From the NCBI RefSeq assembly GCF_006345805.1, contig NC_043007.1, forward strand, positions 1,116,001 through 1,180,000: 64,000 bases of DNA, given 5' to 3'. Shown here in pieces: positions 24,146 to 37,190 of the stretch; positions within the stretch are counted from its first letter, which is position 1; every line of letters starts with the position of its first letter. Both the position numbers and the translations under genes were made by a program. The DNA is from Octopus sinensis (taxonomy: Eukaryota). Under the pieces are notes generated by a model that was not told the origin of the DNA, searched no databases, and saw only the letters and a list, made by a program, of their open reading frames with translations.

Positions 24146-25310
24146 ATGTATGTATGTATGTATGTATGTATGTATGTATGTATGCATGTATGCATGCATG
24201 TATGCATGTATGAATGTATGTATGTATGTATGTATGTATGTATGTATGTATTTATGTATGTATGTGTGTATGTGTGTATGTGTGTGTGTATGTATGTATG
24301 TATGTATGTATGTATGTATGTATGTATGTATGTATGTGTGTATGCATGTATGTATGTATGTATGTATATATGTATGTATGTATGTATGCATGCATTCATG
24401 TATGTATGTATGTATGTATGAATGTGTGTATGTATGTATGCATGCATGTATGTATGTATGAATGTATGTATGCATGTATGCATGCATGTATGTATGTATG
24501 AATGTATGTATGAATGTATGTATTTATGTATGTGTGTGTGTATGTATGTATGTATGTATGTATGTATGTATGTATGAATGTGTGTATGTATGTATGAATG
24601 TATGTATGAATGTGTGTATGTATGTATGTGCATGTATGCATGTATGTATGCATGTATGTATGCATGTATGAATGTATGTATGTATGTATGCATGTATGCA
24701 TGTATGCATGCATGTATGCATGTATGAATGTATGTATGTATGTATGTATGTATGTATTTATGTATGTATGTGTGTATGTGTGTATGTGCGTGTGTATGTA
24801 TGTATGTATGTATGTATGTATGTATGTATGTATGTGTGTATGCATGTATGTATGTATGTATGTATATATGTATGTATGTATGTATGCATGCATTCATGTA
24901 TGTATGTATGTATGTATGAATGTGTGTATGTATGTATGCATGCATGTATGTATGTATGAATGTATGTATGAATGTATGTATTTATGTATGTGTGTGTGTA
25001 TGTATGTATGTATGTATGTATGTAGTATGAATGTGTGTATGTATGTATGAATGTATGTATGAATGTGTGTATGTATGTATGTGCATGTATGCATGTATGT
25101 ATGCATGTATGTATGCATGTATGAATGTATGTATGTATGCATGTATGCATGTATGCATGCATGCATGCATGCATGTATGTATGTATGTATGTATGTATGT
25201 ATGTATTATGTATGTATGTATGCATGTATGTATGTATTATGTATGTATGAATGCATGCATGTATGTATGAATGTATGTATGTATGTATGTATGTAGTGTG
25301 TAGGTATGTA
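24146..25310 (+). repeat. (TATG)n array with an internal duplication of about 500 bp
   Basis: Direct reading. Diagnostic variants (TTTA, GCATTCATG) recur about 500 bp apart. Confidence 0.93.
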
Positions 25311-27049
25311 TGTATGTGTGCACTTTCGTATATACGTATAAAACTAGCAGAAAACTGCGTGACACAAGAGTGTCGACTGCTCATTAACATATCATCCCAG
25401 ACATCTATCAATGGGCTACATCAAGTCTCTTTCTCATACCACTCAGATTATGTATATACACCTTCCTAATTAGCAAGGTAGAGAGTCAGATAGGTGGTTA
25501 TCTTATATCATTATAAATATTTATAAGTTGAAAAGCTACAAATAAAACCCCATTTAAATCTCACTTCACTTTACTTATTCTAATTGCAAATCTATCATAC
25601 GAAGGGAAATAAATCAAACATTTCTTTAATTTGTACTTACCTCCCCTGATCGGTTTTAGTAAAATGTGTAAAACAAACTGAACGCTATTTTTTCTGCCTT
25701 CCTTCAAATGCCTCATTAGTGTTTTTATACAATATAATAACTGCACAAAACGATTAGCAATTGTTTTATATCAGAAATACATTATATTAACCACTAAAAG
25801 TCTGGTATTGAGGGTACTCTATATACATATTTACTTTCTTGCACACGATTCTAGATTCTAACGGGTGCAAATGCTAAAATAGTAAAGACTGGTGAAGCCG
25901 TCTTTAGCGATTAATAATTGGGGGAAGTTTCGGATTTTATGCACATTGCAATGTTGTAAATTATATCCATGTTGTATAACATTTTATTTTAAACAAAACT
26001 GTTCACTTTTTATTGAAAATAGAAGAGTATGACAATTAGTCAAGTCCATGCTTAAAACAAATGGAATTTTTTCAAAGTAGCAATAAAATAAATCAATGGA
26101 GGAAAGAAAGGAACAGCATAAATACGTCGTTTGAACAGATACGCCATATTCAAGGAAGGGATTAGAGCGTTCGACTTGTTGGATCTTTCAAAATAGATTT
26201 TAAAATACCATCTTCAGATTGTATCGTGCTTTTACATCATTTGATGTTGAATGGTGAGGAACGATAATGCACTCGGATTTTGCAAAAAAAAAAAAAATAA
26301 AATAAAATAAAATAAAAATTTGCAAAAGGAAAAATAAGAATGATTTTCCGTTCTTTGATAACCTGTCGAACTTGAACTCTTTAAAAAGAAATCCTGTAGA
26401 AAATAATCGGGAATATTCTCTACAAAATAGATATATATTGAGCAGAAAATATTGATAATTTAATAACAATGATTTAGACACTTCTACACAGATTTAGGAA
26501 AATGGGAAACAAGATGAATAAGTAATTGATGGAGCAAAGTAAGAAATAAGATACAGACTACATTACAAAGATATAGATTACAAATCTGTCAAAAGTGAAA
26601 TCAGTCTGCAAATCCATGATTAGTCAATGGTGATAAAACTTACTGGAAGCAATCAAACGATAAGCTAACTTTAATCAGTCTTTAATCTCCCCAATATGTC
26701 AACCATATCTGGTAACGTATAAAACATATCTGACACCTGGTAGGTTTAATAAATGAAGACTTTTGTTGGCTTCAAACGGGCTGCATTCCTTTGGGTTGCA
26801 TTCTTTAGAATACAGATCGCATGGAATCACATTTATGGTATTATGGAGAATACGCAGACACTTTATATTATCTGTTCCAATGCAAAAATTACAAGTCTGG
26901 TCTTTAAACCGTGGTCAAGTTTCAAGGGCCAATTTAATATCAAGGATCCACTAGCCTTAAGCAATTTCCTTCACTTCATGGAGCCCCCCGCCCAAAGATT
27001 TAACTGCAAAAGTAATTGATTTGTTTATATATAATTATTTTATCTTTTC

Positions 27050-27422
27050 TTTTTTAATTCTTTTACTTGTTTCAATCATTTGACTGCGGCCATGCTGGAG
27101 CACCGGCTTTAGTCGAACAAATCGACCCCAGGACTTATTCTATCGGTCTCTTTTGCCGAACCGCAAAGTTACGGTGACGTAGACATACCAACATCGGTTG
27201 TCAAGTGATGGCGGGGTGGGGTGTCAAATAGACACACACACACACATACACACACACACACACACGATGAGCCTCTTTCAGTTTCCCTCTACCAAATCCA
27301 CTCACAAGGTTTTGGTCGGCCTGAGGCTATAGTAGAAGTCACTTGCCCAAGTGTCACACAGTGGGACTGAACCCGGAACCATGTGGTTGGGAAGCAAGCT
27401 TTTTACCACACAGCCACGCCTG
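27050..27422 (-). mobile_element. Family A SINE
   Basis: Same consensus as 2493-2930, reverse complemented. Confidence 0.78.
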
Positions 27423-27763
27423 CACCTATATTAGTACAGCTTCTTCTTCCCTTTTCTTTTTTAAAAAAAAAATTGTGTTTTTCTTACAGTTTATTCTTTT
27501 ATATAAGGGTCAGTTACGGTTTATAAACGTTTTAATTGATTAACTGAACAATCAAATATAAAAATCATTGAAACGTCAGAAGTTATCGTCTGCGTAAATT
27601 ATCTCCCTTTAATTTTTTTTCAAATGGACGATGTTGACATTAAAAATATTTTGTTTATCGTATATTATCGTTGTTGAAAATAAGATATTTCATGAGTTTT
27701 CTAATTCTGAACAGAACTTTTATTATTCACATAGATTATCATTCATAAGGAACTGAGAAATCT

Positions 27764-27838
27764 ATGTGTCTGCTTGCCTGCCTGCCTATCGGCGTGTCTT
27801 TCTGTCTGTCTGTCTCTGCCTGTCTGCCTGTCTGTCTG

Positions 27839-27879
<41 letters not shown>

Positions 27880-28200
27880 GTCTGTCTCTGTCTGTCTCTG
27901 TCTGTCTCTGTCCTGTCCTCTCTCTCCTCCCTCGGTCTCTCTCTCTTCTCCTCTCTCCCGCTCTCTCTCTCGTCTCTCTCTATCTCTCTCTCTCTCGCCT
28001 CTCTCTCTCCTCTTATCTCTCCCTCGGTCCTCTCTCTCTTCCCTCTCTCCTCTCTTCTCTCGTCTCCTCTCGTCTCCCTCTCTCTCCTCATTCTCTCCTC
28101 TCTCTCTCTCTTCTCTCTCCTCTCTCTCACTCTCTCTTCCTCTCGCCTTCCTCTTCTCTCTCTCTTCTCTCTCTCTCCTCTCTCTCTCTCTCTGTCCCTC
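27764..28200 (+). repeat. (CT)n/(CTGT)n pyrimidine-rich tract
   Basis: Direct reading of the sequence. Confidence 0.92.
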
Positions 28201-28566
28201 CTTGATTTATGACTCGGCAGTTGACATTTTGTCAAGTCGGTGACCTGACAGAATCGTAACCGTGCCGGACAAAACTGCATAGCAGCATTTCTTCCGAATT
28301 TATGTTTTATATTCAAACGCAACTGGGGCCAATTTTGCCTTTCGGGTGGATAAAATAAGCACCCGATGAGCATTGGGGTAACTATAATCAATTTACCCCG
28401 CTCCGAAATTCCTGGCCTTGTGCCAAAACTTTAAAGCCAGCATTTCATATTATCTTCATGCTGTATTTTTGATGTCCGTTTCTCCTGTCCGTTTAATGCA
28501 TGCTTCACTTATTCGTTGTTGCATCACTGAACAATGTTCGGGGTTATTAAATATCTCAGAGCAACA

Positions 28567-28727
28567 GGCGCAGGAGTGGCTGTGTGGTAAGAAGCTTGCT
28601 TCCCAACCACGTGGTTCCGGGTTCAGTTCCACTGTGTGATAACTTGGGCAAGTGTCTTCTCCTATAGCCTCAGGCCGACCAAAACCTGTGAGTGGATTTG
28701 GTAAATGGAAACTAAAAGAAGCTTGTC

Positions 28728-28776
<49 letters not shown>

Positions 28777-29090
28777 ATATATTTATATATATTATATATA
28801 TACAACACACACGCACATACATGTATGTATGTATGTAATGTATGTATGTATGTATGTACGTATATATATATATGCATATGTGTGTGTGTTTGTTTGTTTG
28901 TGTTTGTCCTCACACCATCGCTTCAAAACTGATGCGTGTGTTTACGTTCCCGTAACTTAGCGGTTCGGCAAATAAGACTGCCAGAATAAGTACTAGGCTT
29001 ACAGAGAATGAGTCCTGGAGTCGAATTTTTCATCTAAAGGCTGTGCTCCAGCATGGCCACAGTCAAATGACTGAAGGAAATATATAAAAA
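28567..29090 (+). mobile_element. Family A SINE, full length
   Basis: GGCGCAGGAGTGGCTGTGTGGTAAG head, core, internal microsatellite and tail. Confidence 0.8.
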
Positions 29091-29220
29091 AAATAGAAAA
29101 GTAATGGAAATAGCGTTGCCTTTATTTCAAAATATTTCTTAATCAAAGGTAGATAACTCTTCCGGGCTGGTGTAACTTATACACGAGTTATTTCCCCTGG
29201 ACTGCAAATGTTTATTTATA

Positions 29221-29622
29221 TTGGGTTGTCGGTAAAGTTCGTACCAGTTTATTGTAGCTTACTTTTCGACTTACTTTAAGACATGGTTGAGTCCATAAAA
29301 TAGGAGTTGACTTCACCTCCATTTAGAGCACAGTTTAAGCTATCTTTTCGTGGAAGAAGGTTTCTGTTCCGATAACTTGTGTCAATTCTATAACCCTTTA
29401 AAATAGAAGATAAGAAAGTTCATATTCGGCACTTGATGCTTTGGGAACCAGACAAAAATTGCTGCAGCTTGGCCGGGATGTGTTACCCCACCCTCCATAT
29501 TAACCAGATATTGTTCCTTCGGGTTTCCACTTATTCAGGTCTCTGCAGAATAGTCTTAATGGTAAAAATTTTAATTCCTTGGATGACGTAAAAAGATACC
29601 TTGATGACGTAAAAAGATACCT
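29221..29622 (+). pseudogene. Mariner (Tc1/mariner) transposase remnant with a large internal deletion
   Basis: TA then TIR-like TTGGGTTGTCGGTAAAGTTCG. N-terminus EDKKVHIRHLMLWE is fused to TRQKLLQLGRDVLPHPPY*PDIVPSGFHLFRSLQNSL (the mariner HPPYSPDLAPSDYHLF motif). Confidence 0.8.
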
Positions 29623-29834
29623 GTTCATTGGCTGTGTGGTAAGAAGCTTGCTTACCAACCACCTGGTTCTGGGTTCAGTCCCACTGCGTGGCACCTTGGG
29701 CAAGTGTCTTCTGAGTGGATTTGGTACTAGGCTTACAATGTATAAGTTCTAGGGTCGATTTGTTTGACTAAAGGCGGTGCTCCATCATGGCCGCAGTCAA
29801 ATTACTGAAACAAGTAAAAGAATAAAACATTATT

Positions 29835-29995
29835 TACATTATTTACATTTGATGGATATTTGTCCTCATCTTGTTTGTTGTTAACACAACATTTCGGCTG
29901 ATGTACTCTCCTGCCTTCATTATGTATCTTGGGGAAGTTTCGAACCTAAGTTCTCACTCCTAAGGTATTTTTCAGATGTATCATGTGATGGATCG
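29835..29995 (-). mobile_element. Penelope-like repeat fragment with a mutated hammerhead-like core
   Basis: Minus strand (a)TAATGA-AGGCAG...CAGCC-GAAAT-GTTGTG. The CTGATGA box is mutated. Confidence 0.35.
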
Positions 29996-30039
29996 ACTAT
30001 CGTAAGGCGTACTATATAATCCCACCGTTGGGGGAGGTT

Positions 30040-30715
30040 ATGAAACAGATAGAAGAGACGGGCTATAAGTACTTGGGGATTTTGGAAATGGACAAATTGA
30101 TGGAGAATCGATGGAGAAAGAAATGACAGAAAAATTTAAGGTGGAGTACTTACACAGACTGAGACTGATCCTTAAGTCGAAATTACACGGAGGGAATAAG
30201 GATGAAGCTATCAACACCTGGGCGGTTTCACTCCGTAGATATGGAGCAGAGGTAATCGCATGGACAGTGGACGAACTAAACAGCTTAGACAGAAAGATAA
30301 GGAAGTTACTAAATAGATATGGGTCACTCCACCCAAAAAGTGACACTGACAGACTGTACGTACCAAGTAAAAGAGAAGGAATAGGACTTATTGGATGCGA
30401 ACACAGCATTAGATCAGAAGAAAACAATATAACATAGTATGTAAAAAATGCCACAGAACCGCTGTTACTAGAAGTAAGAAGGTCAGGCTTGTGTAGGATG
30501 GAAGATTGCAAAGATAAAGCACTATACAAGAAACTGAAAACGAATGGAACTGAAAATAGGAGGGTAAAGAAAAGAATGCATGGTCAATTTCATAGGGATG
30601 TTGAAGATAAGACAGACAGAGAAAAAAGATGGCTGTGGATGACTAAAAGTGATTTAAAACCGGAAACAGATGCTATAATCTGTGCTGCCCAAGAGCAAGC
30701 ACTAAGGACAAACAT
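30040..30715 (+). pseudogene. R4/Dong-clade LINE fragment (post-RT region)
   Basis: IEETGYKYLGILE, EYLHRLRLILKSKL..NK..AINTWAV, HPKSDTDRLYVP..EG.GL, MHGQF, ETDAIICAAQEQALRTN. Confidence 0.85.
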
Positions 30716-30832
30716 AAAGGCGGTCACCTTCACTCACGCGTGCGCGCACACACAACAGAAAACCCTTGAAAGAGGTGCTCCAGCCTGGTCGCAGTCCAAT
30801 GACTGAAACAAGCCAAGAATAAAATTCAAATG

Positions 30833-31745
30833 CCTTAAACATAGACCCATTGTATTCCACGAAACAATAAAGTTTAATCTTTGAAATCAACAGTTTTCAT
30901 TTCTTAAATTTTAATTTTGCATTTTTTTTCTTTTCCGAATGCTTCCTTCAACCACTTGAAAAACTCTGCCAATGAGGACAAATAAGGACTGCGTGTATGT
31001 CACTGTCATTTGAATATATCAATTTGTTTTAGCGCGAAATTTATGTCACCGTTATTGCCATTAACATCAGTGGGCATTCCTGTAGATGGGGAATCGGAAA
31101 TTAACTAGCGTACCTACGAACGCGTGTTATGAAAGCATCGTGGATTGCAATAAGTCAATAAATAAATAAATAATAAGAGGCACTCAGAGAGCACAAACCT
31201 CCGCCAACGCAACACCAACGTCCTCTCAACAATTAACTGGAGATGATTTTTAAAATGAGAATATCTGAAATACACTCGACTGCTCTTACAAACGAGAATA
31301 CTAAAACTGAACCCGACCTCTCTCAAAAATTAAGGCCGGAAAAATAAGCCAGAATCCTTGTCCGGTACCTGATCGATCACAATGGTAGTCATGAAACGTG
31401 AAGGTGGCTGTAGAAAATTTAGTAACAGTAATAAATAGTCTATCCTTATCTAATACAATAAATTCACCATTCAAAATAGTTACAGCCTAAAGGGAGATAA
31501 TTGAGAAAGACTTCAAAGATAACGTAAGATCGTCATCATGTAAAGTAATTATAACAAATAATCCAGAACCCTTGTACGGTACCGGATCGATCCCAAAATG
31601 TAATCAGTTCGTGTCAATCATGACGCCAAACATCCCTGAAAGTTTCACTTGAATTTATCCAATGGTTCTTGAGACATCTTGTCCACAGACAAACAAACAC
31701 GACTGAAAACAATACCTCCGGCTTCGCTAAGGCGGAGGTAATAAA
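30833..31745 (-). mobile_element. Second HINE-like element plus shared 3' flank
   Basis: Reverse complement of 18463-19402 throughout, with the same subterminal repeats and 3' hairpin (31175-31205). Confidence 0.65.
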
Positions 31746-32719
31746 ATAAAACGACTTTTTGGCTATTTTGGGGCAAGAGAGGGCTTTTGTTTTGTCAATT
31801 CCTTATTTAATAACAAAGCGAACTTAGTGGTAAAACCTACAGACGGAGAAGAACATACTACCACCACATTCTTAATGATTAAATTAACCTCTCTGTATAT
31901 ATGTCTACCCTCTTTGTAATGTTGGCAAATATATAAAAATATGCATTGTCAGTTTAATTGAAAGATTCTATATGTGGCTGAAGATTGCTCGACATTTTAA
32001 AACTGATGTAATACTTACATTGTTTAATAAAATGAAGTAGCATGAAACGATTGTACTACACCACCTTGGATATCTTTGTTGCTTATTTTGATTATAATCA
32101 CCCCATTTGATTTATATAGATAATACCATACCAAATTCTGGTGCCTTTAACTTAAGTACCATATTCATCTGAATCTAAATTTTGCTGAACTTATATATAT
32201 ATATAAGGACGTTTGAAATAGTAGCTACGAGTGTAATGGGTAGGACTGTTATACAAGTTTGACTTTGTGCAGACATCCTAGTATGCAGTCCTACAAATTA
32301 TACTCACCTGGACGGTCGTACCGATGATCTACAGAGAATTATGTAATTTGTTGATAGTGAAACATGTATACGAATAATCCATATTTTTATTACTTTTTCT
32401 TTTGTCTTGCTCGATTACGTTTTGGTTGTTTTGCTAAATTTTTCTTGAGAACATTTCTTGGTGGTGAGACCGCAGCGGATCTATTTCTAGCATATGGGTG
32501 TCCACATAGGGGTTTCCCTCCCTTTCTCTCTATATATATGTATGTATGTATGTATATGCTTGTATGTATGAGTCTCACGAAAGGCAAGGTTTGGTTTTAT
32601 TTTTTCTAGAATTAATACAAAGCTGTTTCGGTGTTAGTGTTATGGGTGGGAACCAGTGAAAAGGTCACACGAGTTTAATGAAATGCATTGACAAAATAAT
32701 CACTTTGTTAATAAATTCA

Positions 32720-32725
32720 TTTATT
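32720..32725 (-). promoter_or_regulatory. Candidate polyadenylation signal of the SLC22-like gene
   Basis: AATAAA on the minus strand about 137 nt after the stop codon. Inferred from position only. Confidence 0.35.
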
Positions 32726-32861
32726 AGATGATAATTAAACAGTGCTGTAATGGCGGAATATCCTTTCCAATGTACAACAAAATCTGTTTCAACAACATAA
32801 ATAGAAAACAACACACACATATATTATTAAGTATATATATATATTACTGACTCTTTACGAA

Positions 32862-33071
32862 TCATGCTTTAGTAAGGCTTGTATTTTGATGATTTTCCGA
32901 GTTTGAACGCTTTTTCTTTTTCCTCTTCTGGGATTCTAGTTGATTTCGAACATCGTTCATTGTGGTTGGCATCTGTAAATGTTGAGTTTCTGGCATAAAG
33001 ATCAAAAGACAAACACTAGCAAGAGATCCAACAGCGAATATTGTCCCAGGTAGCCAAGGAACGTAGAGCAT
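32862..33071 (-). CDS. SLC22-like: SLC22-family transporter terminal coding exon
   Basis: Acceptor ctttctag. Encodes MLYVPWLPGTIFAVGSLASVCLLIFMPETQHLQMPTT...KA*, TM12 plus the PET motif. Stop TGA at 32862-32864. Confidence 0.92.
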   Translation of the reverse strand: MLYVPWLPGTIFAVGSLASVCLLIFMPETQHLQMPTTMNDVRNQLESQKRKKKKRSNSENHQNTSLTKA

Positions 33072-33544
33072 CTAGAAAGCAGAGAGAAAACAAGGAGGAT
33101 TATTTCATTAAAATGGTTACGTGAGACAGAGGTTAAATTCTGTTAGGAAAATTGTTTCTACTTCTGGTACTATGGCAGTGATTTTGCCTGGAGGGGCAGG
33201 TCGTTGGCATTACTTTTCTAGCATGGGTAAAGTAAGTACCAGGATCAACTGATACTTATTTGGCCCTCACCAGAAGGATGAAAAGTAAAGCCAACGTCGG
33301 TGGAATATGAACTCAGAACGTTAAAAGGCGGAAGTAAGGTCAACTAAATTTTTTTGTGTCCGCTGCTTTAACGATTGCACCAGTTTGACACCTCCAAATC
33401 TTACTATAAATATATACGATTAAAACTTTTGCTTGTCCTGTGTATCATATACGATACACAGGACATATTTCCCTAGTGGCCATGCATAATATATGATTCT
33501 CGGCGTTTTATCGTGTGTCCCATAATTTATTTGGTTTCTTCTTG

Positions 33545-33992
33545 ACCACTGCCTCTGATGACTAAAAAGGCCGATTTTTGCATGGAAGCGTCTGTTGCAA
33601 AGTTCACAGGGGATCTGTGGTAGAGGATTTGGTTGATACAGCCTCCATTTTCTTTCTTGTCGTTTCTCTTCCTCTTTCCTCTGTCGTTCAGTTTCAAAAT
33701 GATTTGTCACAGCGGAGATGGAATGATGCCAGTCGGGCCTGTCCTGAGCTTCTATGTCCCAGGCTTTGGGATCGATTCCAGTCATCTTTAGGCTTTGCTT
33801 CAACTGATCCTTGTATCGACGGAGGTGACGGCCACGGCGTCTTCTTCCAGTGGAAAATTCACTATTTAAAATTTGACGCGGCAGCCTGGTTTCTTCCATC
33901 CTTGTCACGTGGCTCGACCATCTCAGATGTTTTGGGATGGTAGCCTCGATACTGTTGCTTTTCGTTCTTTCCAAAACGGAGACATCGGTCAC
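33545..33992 (-). pseudogene. RTE-clade LINE 3' coding fragment
   Basis: LRWSSHVTRMEETRLPRQILNSEFSTGRRRRG..LRRYKDQLK..L..GID...W...AQDR..W, and a terminal zinc finger CELC..F..KIGLFSHQR. Confidence 0.85.
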
Positions 33993-34552
33993 ATGTTCCT
34001 TAAATCCTTAAAAATGTTTTGGCCGAAGGCCGCGGCCATGCTGGGACACAACCGCTGGTCGTTAAATTTTTTTTCACCGTTACTTGGTACTTATGAAAGA
34101 AAGCTTTATATTAGGCAGAACCGAGGTATGATAAAGTTATGAAACAAGGTATGCCAAAAGCCTGTAAATGATGATTAGGACTAACTTATAAAATGCTTTG
34201 GACAGAGAAAGGGTTAAACGGCATCCATTATGTAAGTGGCACAGTTTTAATAGATAAAAGTTACATTTAAAGACTGACAATATTTGAACAGTATGTACGA
34301 AACCAGCGCGGGAAAATATGAATAATATCAAATAAAATAAGGTAAACCCTTCAGATTTATCTTTTCGACTCTTATCTTTGAATTAATATTTAATAAAAGA
34401 GATAAGCGATTTGTAACTAACTACTAATCGAGCCAATGACAATACATACATACTTGCACACACACGCACGCACACACACATACGCACACACACGCACACA
34501 CACACACTCACACATACACACACACGCACCATATTGTATAAGTATATTTTGT

Positions 34553-34927
34553 AGTGTTGGGGGAAGGTCATTATGCCAACATAACTAACACACGCACTGG
34601 TTCAATTTCACTCCTTTATTATTAGCCAATTGGTTAAATATCGAACTAGCTAATCGATTGTTTAATTTGTTTGTTTTTTGTTTGCCAAAGTTCTTTCTAC
34701 TTGCAACCTTTTCAATGACTACTGACTCATGGACTCTTAGGTGACAAAGTCAATAGTCACTGAAAAGGTTACAAGTAGCAACGAAAGAACTTTGCCAATC
34801 AAAAACAAAGCAAATTAAACAATCGATTAGCTGGCTGGAGATTTAACCAATTGGCTAACAATAAAGGAGTGGAATTGAACCAGTGCGTGTGTTAATTATG
34901 CTGGTATAATGACCCTTCCTAGACACA
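34553..34927. mobile_element. Diverged foldback/MITE-like element
   Basis: 34561-34727 pairs with 34748-34920 along its length, with a spacer of about 20 bp. Confidence 0.7.
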
Positions 34928-35207
34928 GCAACATTTATTTCAATACACAAATATATTTCAATATACAATATATTTTGAATTTTTCATTTACTCCAGTGTC
35001 TAAACATAGTCGTAGAGATGTTACAAGAGCTTTACAACTAGATTTACATAGAAAATATCTAAGTGATAACTGCAAAAGAAGTGAAATATGCCCAGTGCGT
35101 ATGCCTTATTCGCTAAATGCCCCTACCTCGAAGTAAAACAGCATCTGTTCCATTTCAATTCGTGATGATGTTTCAACAACAGTCGTGCAAAATGTATCCA
35201 AAAACAA

Positions 35208-35259
<52 letters not shown>

Positions 35260-35266
<7 letters not shown>

Positions 35267-35505
35267 CTTCTTTGAGTCTCAAGTTCTTCGTGAGAGAGTT
35301 CAAGCCGGTTGCTAACAAAGCGACGAAACATTCGGAGTTGAGAGAGTTCCCGGTGTTTGTAAATATGAGGATGAGTTCTAGAGTGCTGGTTGAACCGTCG
35401 ATACATACACCCAAAGTGGGTGCATCTATTCACACAAGAATTTTTGGAATGTTTTGCAAACCTTCACTGTGCTACAAAGAAATAGAATTTGGAGAATCCA
35501 CTGAG
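35260..35505 (-). mobile_element. RLE-type LINE 3' end, divergent subfamily (copy D)
   Basis: ILQILFLCSTVKVCKTFQKFLCE*, then a different UTR. (CATA)n lies on the 5' side and (CA)n on the 3' side. Confidence 0.5.
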
Positions 35506-36860
35506 TATGTATGTATGTATGTATGTATGTATGTATGTATGTATGTATGTATGTATGTATGTATGTATGTATGTATGTATGTATGTATGTATGTATGTAT
35601 GTATGTATGTATGCATGATGTATGTATGTATGTATGTATGTATGCATGTATGTATGTATGTATGCATGTATGTATGTATGTATGTATGTAGGATGTATGT
35701 ATGTATGTATGTATGTATGTATGTATGTATGTATGTATGTATGTATGTATGAATGTATGTATGTATGTATGTATGCATGTATGTATGTATGTATGTATGT
35801 ATGTATGTATGTATGTATGTATGTATGTATGTATGTATGTATGTATGTATGTATGTATGTATGTATGTATGTATGTATGTATGTATGTATGTATGCATGT
35901 ATGTATGTATGTATGCATGTGTATGTATGTATGCATGTATGTGTGTATGTATGTATGTATGTATGTATGTATGCATGTATGTATGTATGTATGCATGTAT
36001 GTATGTATGTATGTATGTAGGAATGTATGTATGTATGTATGTGATGTATGTATGTAGTATGTATGTATTTATGTATGCATGTATGTATGTATTATGATGT
36101 ATGTATGTATGTATGTATGCATGTATGTATGTATGTATGTATGTATGTATGTATGCATGTATGTATGTATGAATGTATGTATGTATGTATGTATGTATGT
36201 ATGTATGTATGTATGTATGCATGTATGTATGTATGTATGCATGTATGTGTGTATGTATGTATGTAGGAATGTATGTATGTATGTATGCATGCATGTATGT
36301 GTGTATGTATGTATGTATGTATGTAGGAATGTATGCATGCATGTATGTGTGTATGTATGTATGTATGTATGTATGTAGGAATGTATGTATGTATGTATGT
36401 ATGTATGTATGTATGTATGTTTGTATGTATGTATGCATGTATGTATGTATGTATGCATGTATGTATGTATGTATGTATGCATGTATGTATGTATGTATGT
36501 ATGTAGGAATGTATGTATGTATGTATGTAGGAATGTATGTATGTATGTATATATGTATGTATGTATGTATGCATGCATTCATGTATGTATGTATGTATGT
36601 AGGAATGTATGTATGTATGTATGTATCTATGTATGCATGCATGCATGCATGCATGTATGTATGTATGTATGTATGTATGTATGCATGTATGTATGCATGC
36701 ATTCATGCATGCATGTATGTATGTATGTATGCATGTATGTATGTATGTATGCATGCATGTATGTATGTATGTATGTATGCATTTATGTATGCATGTATGT
36801 ATGTATGTATGTATATATATACGTATGTATGTATGCATGTATGTATGTGTGTGTATGTAT
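35506..36860 (+). repeat. (TATG)n array, about 1.35 kb
   Basis: Direct reading of the sequence. Confidence 0.97.
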
Positions 36861-36884
36861 GTAGAAAGATGAGGGAGAGAGATA

Positions 36885-37190
36885 TGGGGAAACAGTGAAA
36901 TAGATGCAGTTAAAACTGAGTGAAGATGTATATACAGTTTCTATAGATATAAAAGTACAATATAATCGTGAAATCTCGTCGTACGCAACCCGAGTATAAA
37001 CGCATGACGTCACAAATGTCAATGTATTTAAGAGTCTTTGTTTTTCTTGTAATGTGAGTTAAATGAAAACAAGATATTATTTGTAGAATCGCTTTGGGTG
37101 TTTCACTGGATATGTGACACGTTTACTGACATCTGTGAGAATAAGCGAAAATAAAATAGAAATTAGGACGGATAAGTTCGGTGTGCGTGT
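36885..37190 (+). repeat. Unclassified repeat of about 310 bp, copy 1 (copy 2 at 39185-39500)
   Basis: Shared blocks ATATAAAAGTACAA, TCGTGAAATCTCGTC, GCAACCC.AGTATAAA and CATCTGTGAGAATAAG occur in the same order. Confidence 0.7.

Noticed and set aside
26753-27019. Two overlapping 63-88 aa ORFs in unique DNA
   Set aside because: No recognisable domain or clear splice signals, and the lengths are within chance expectation.
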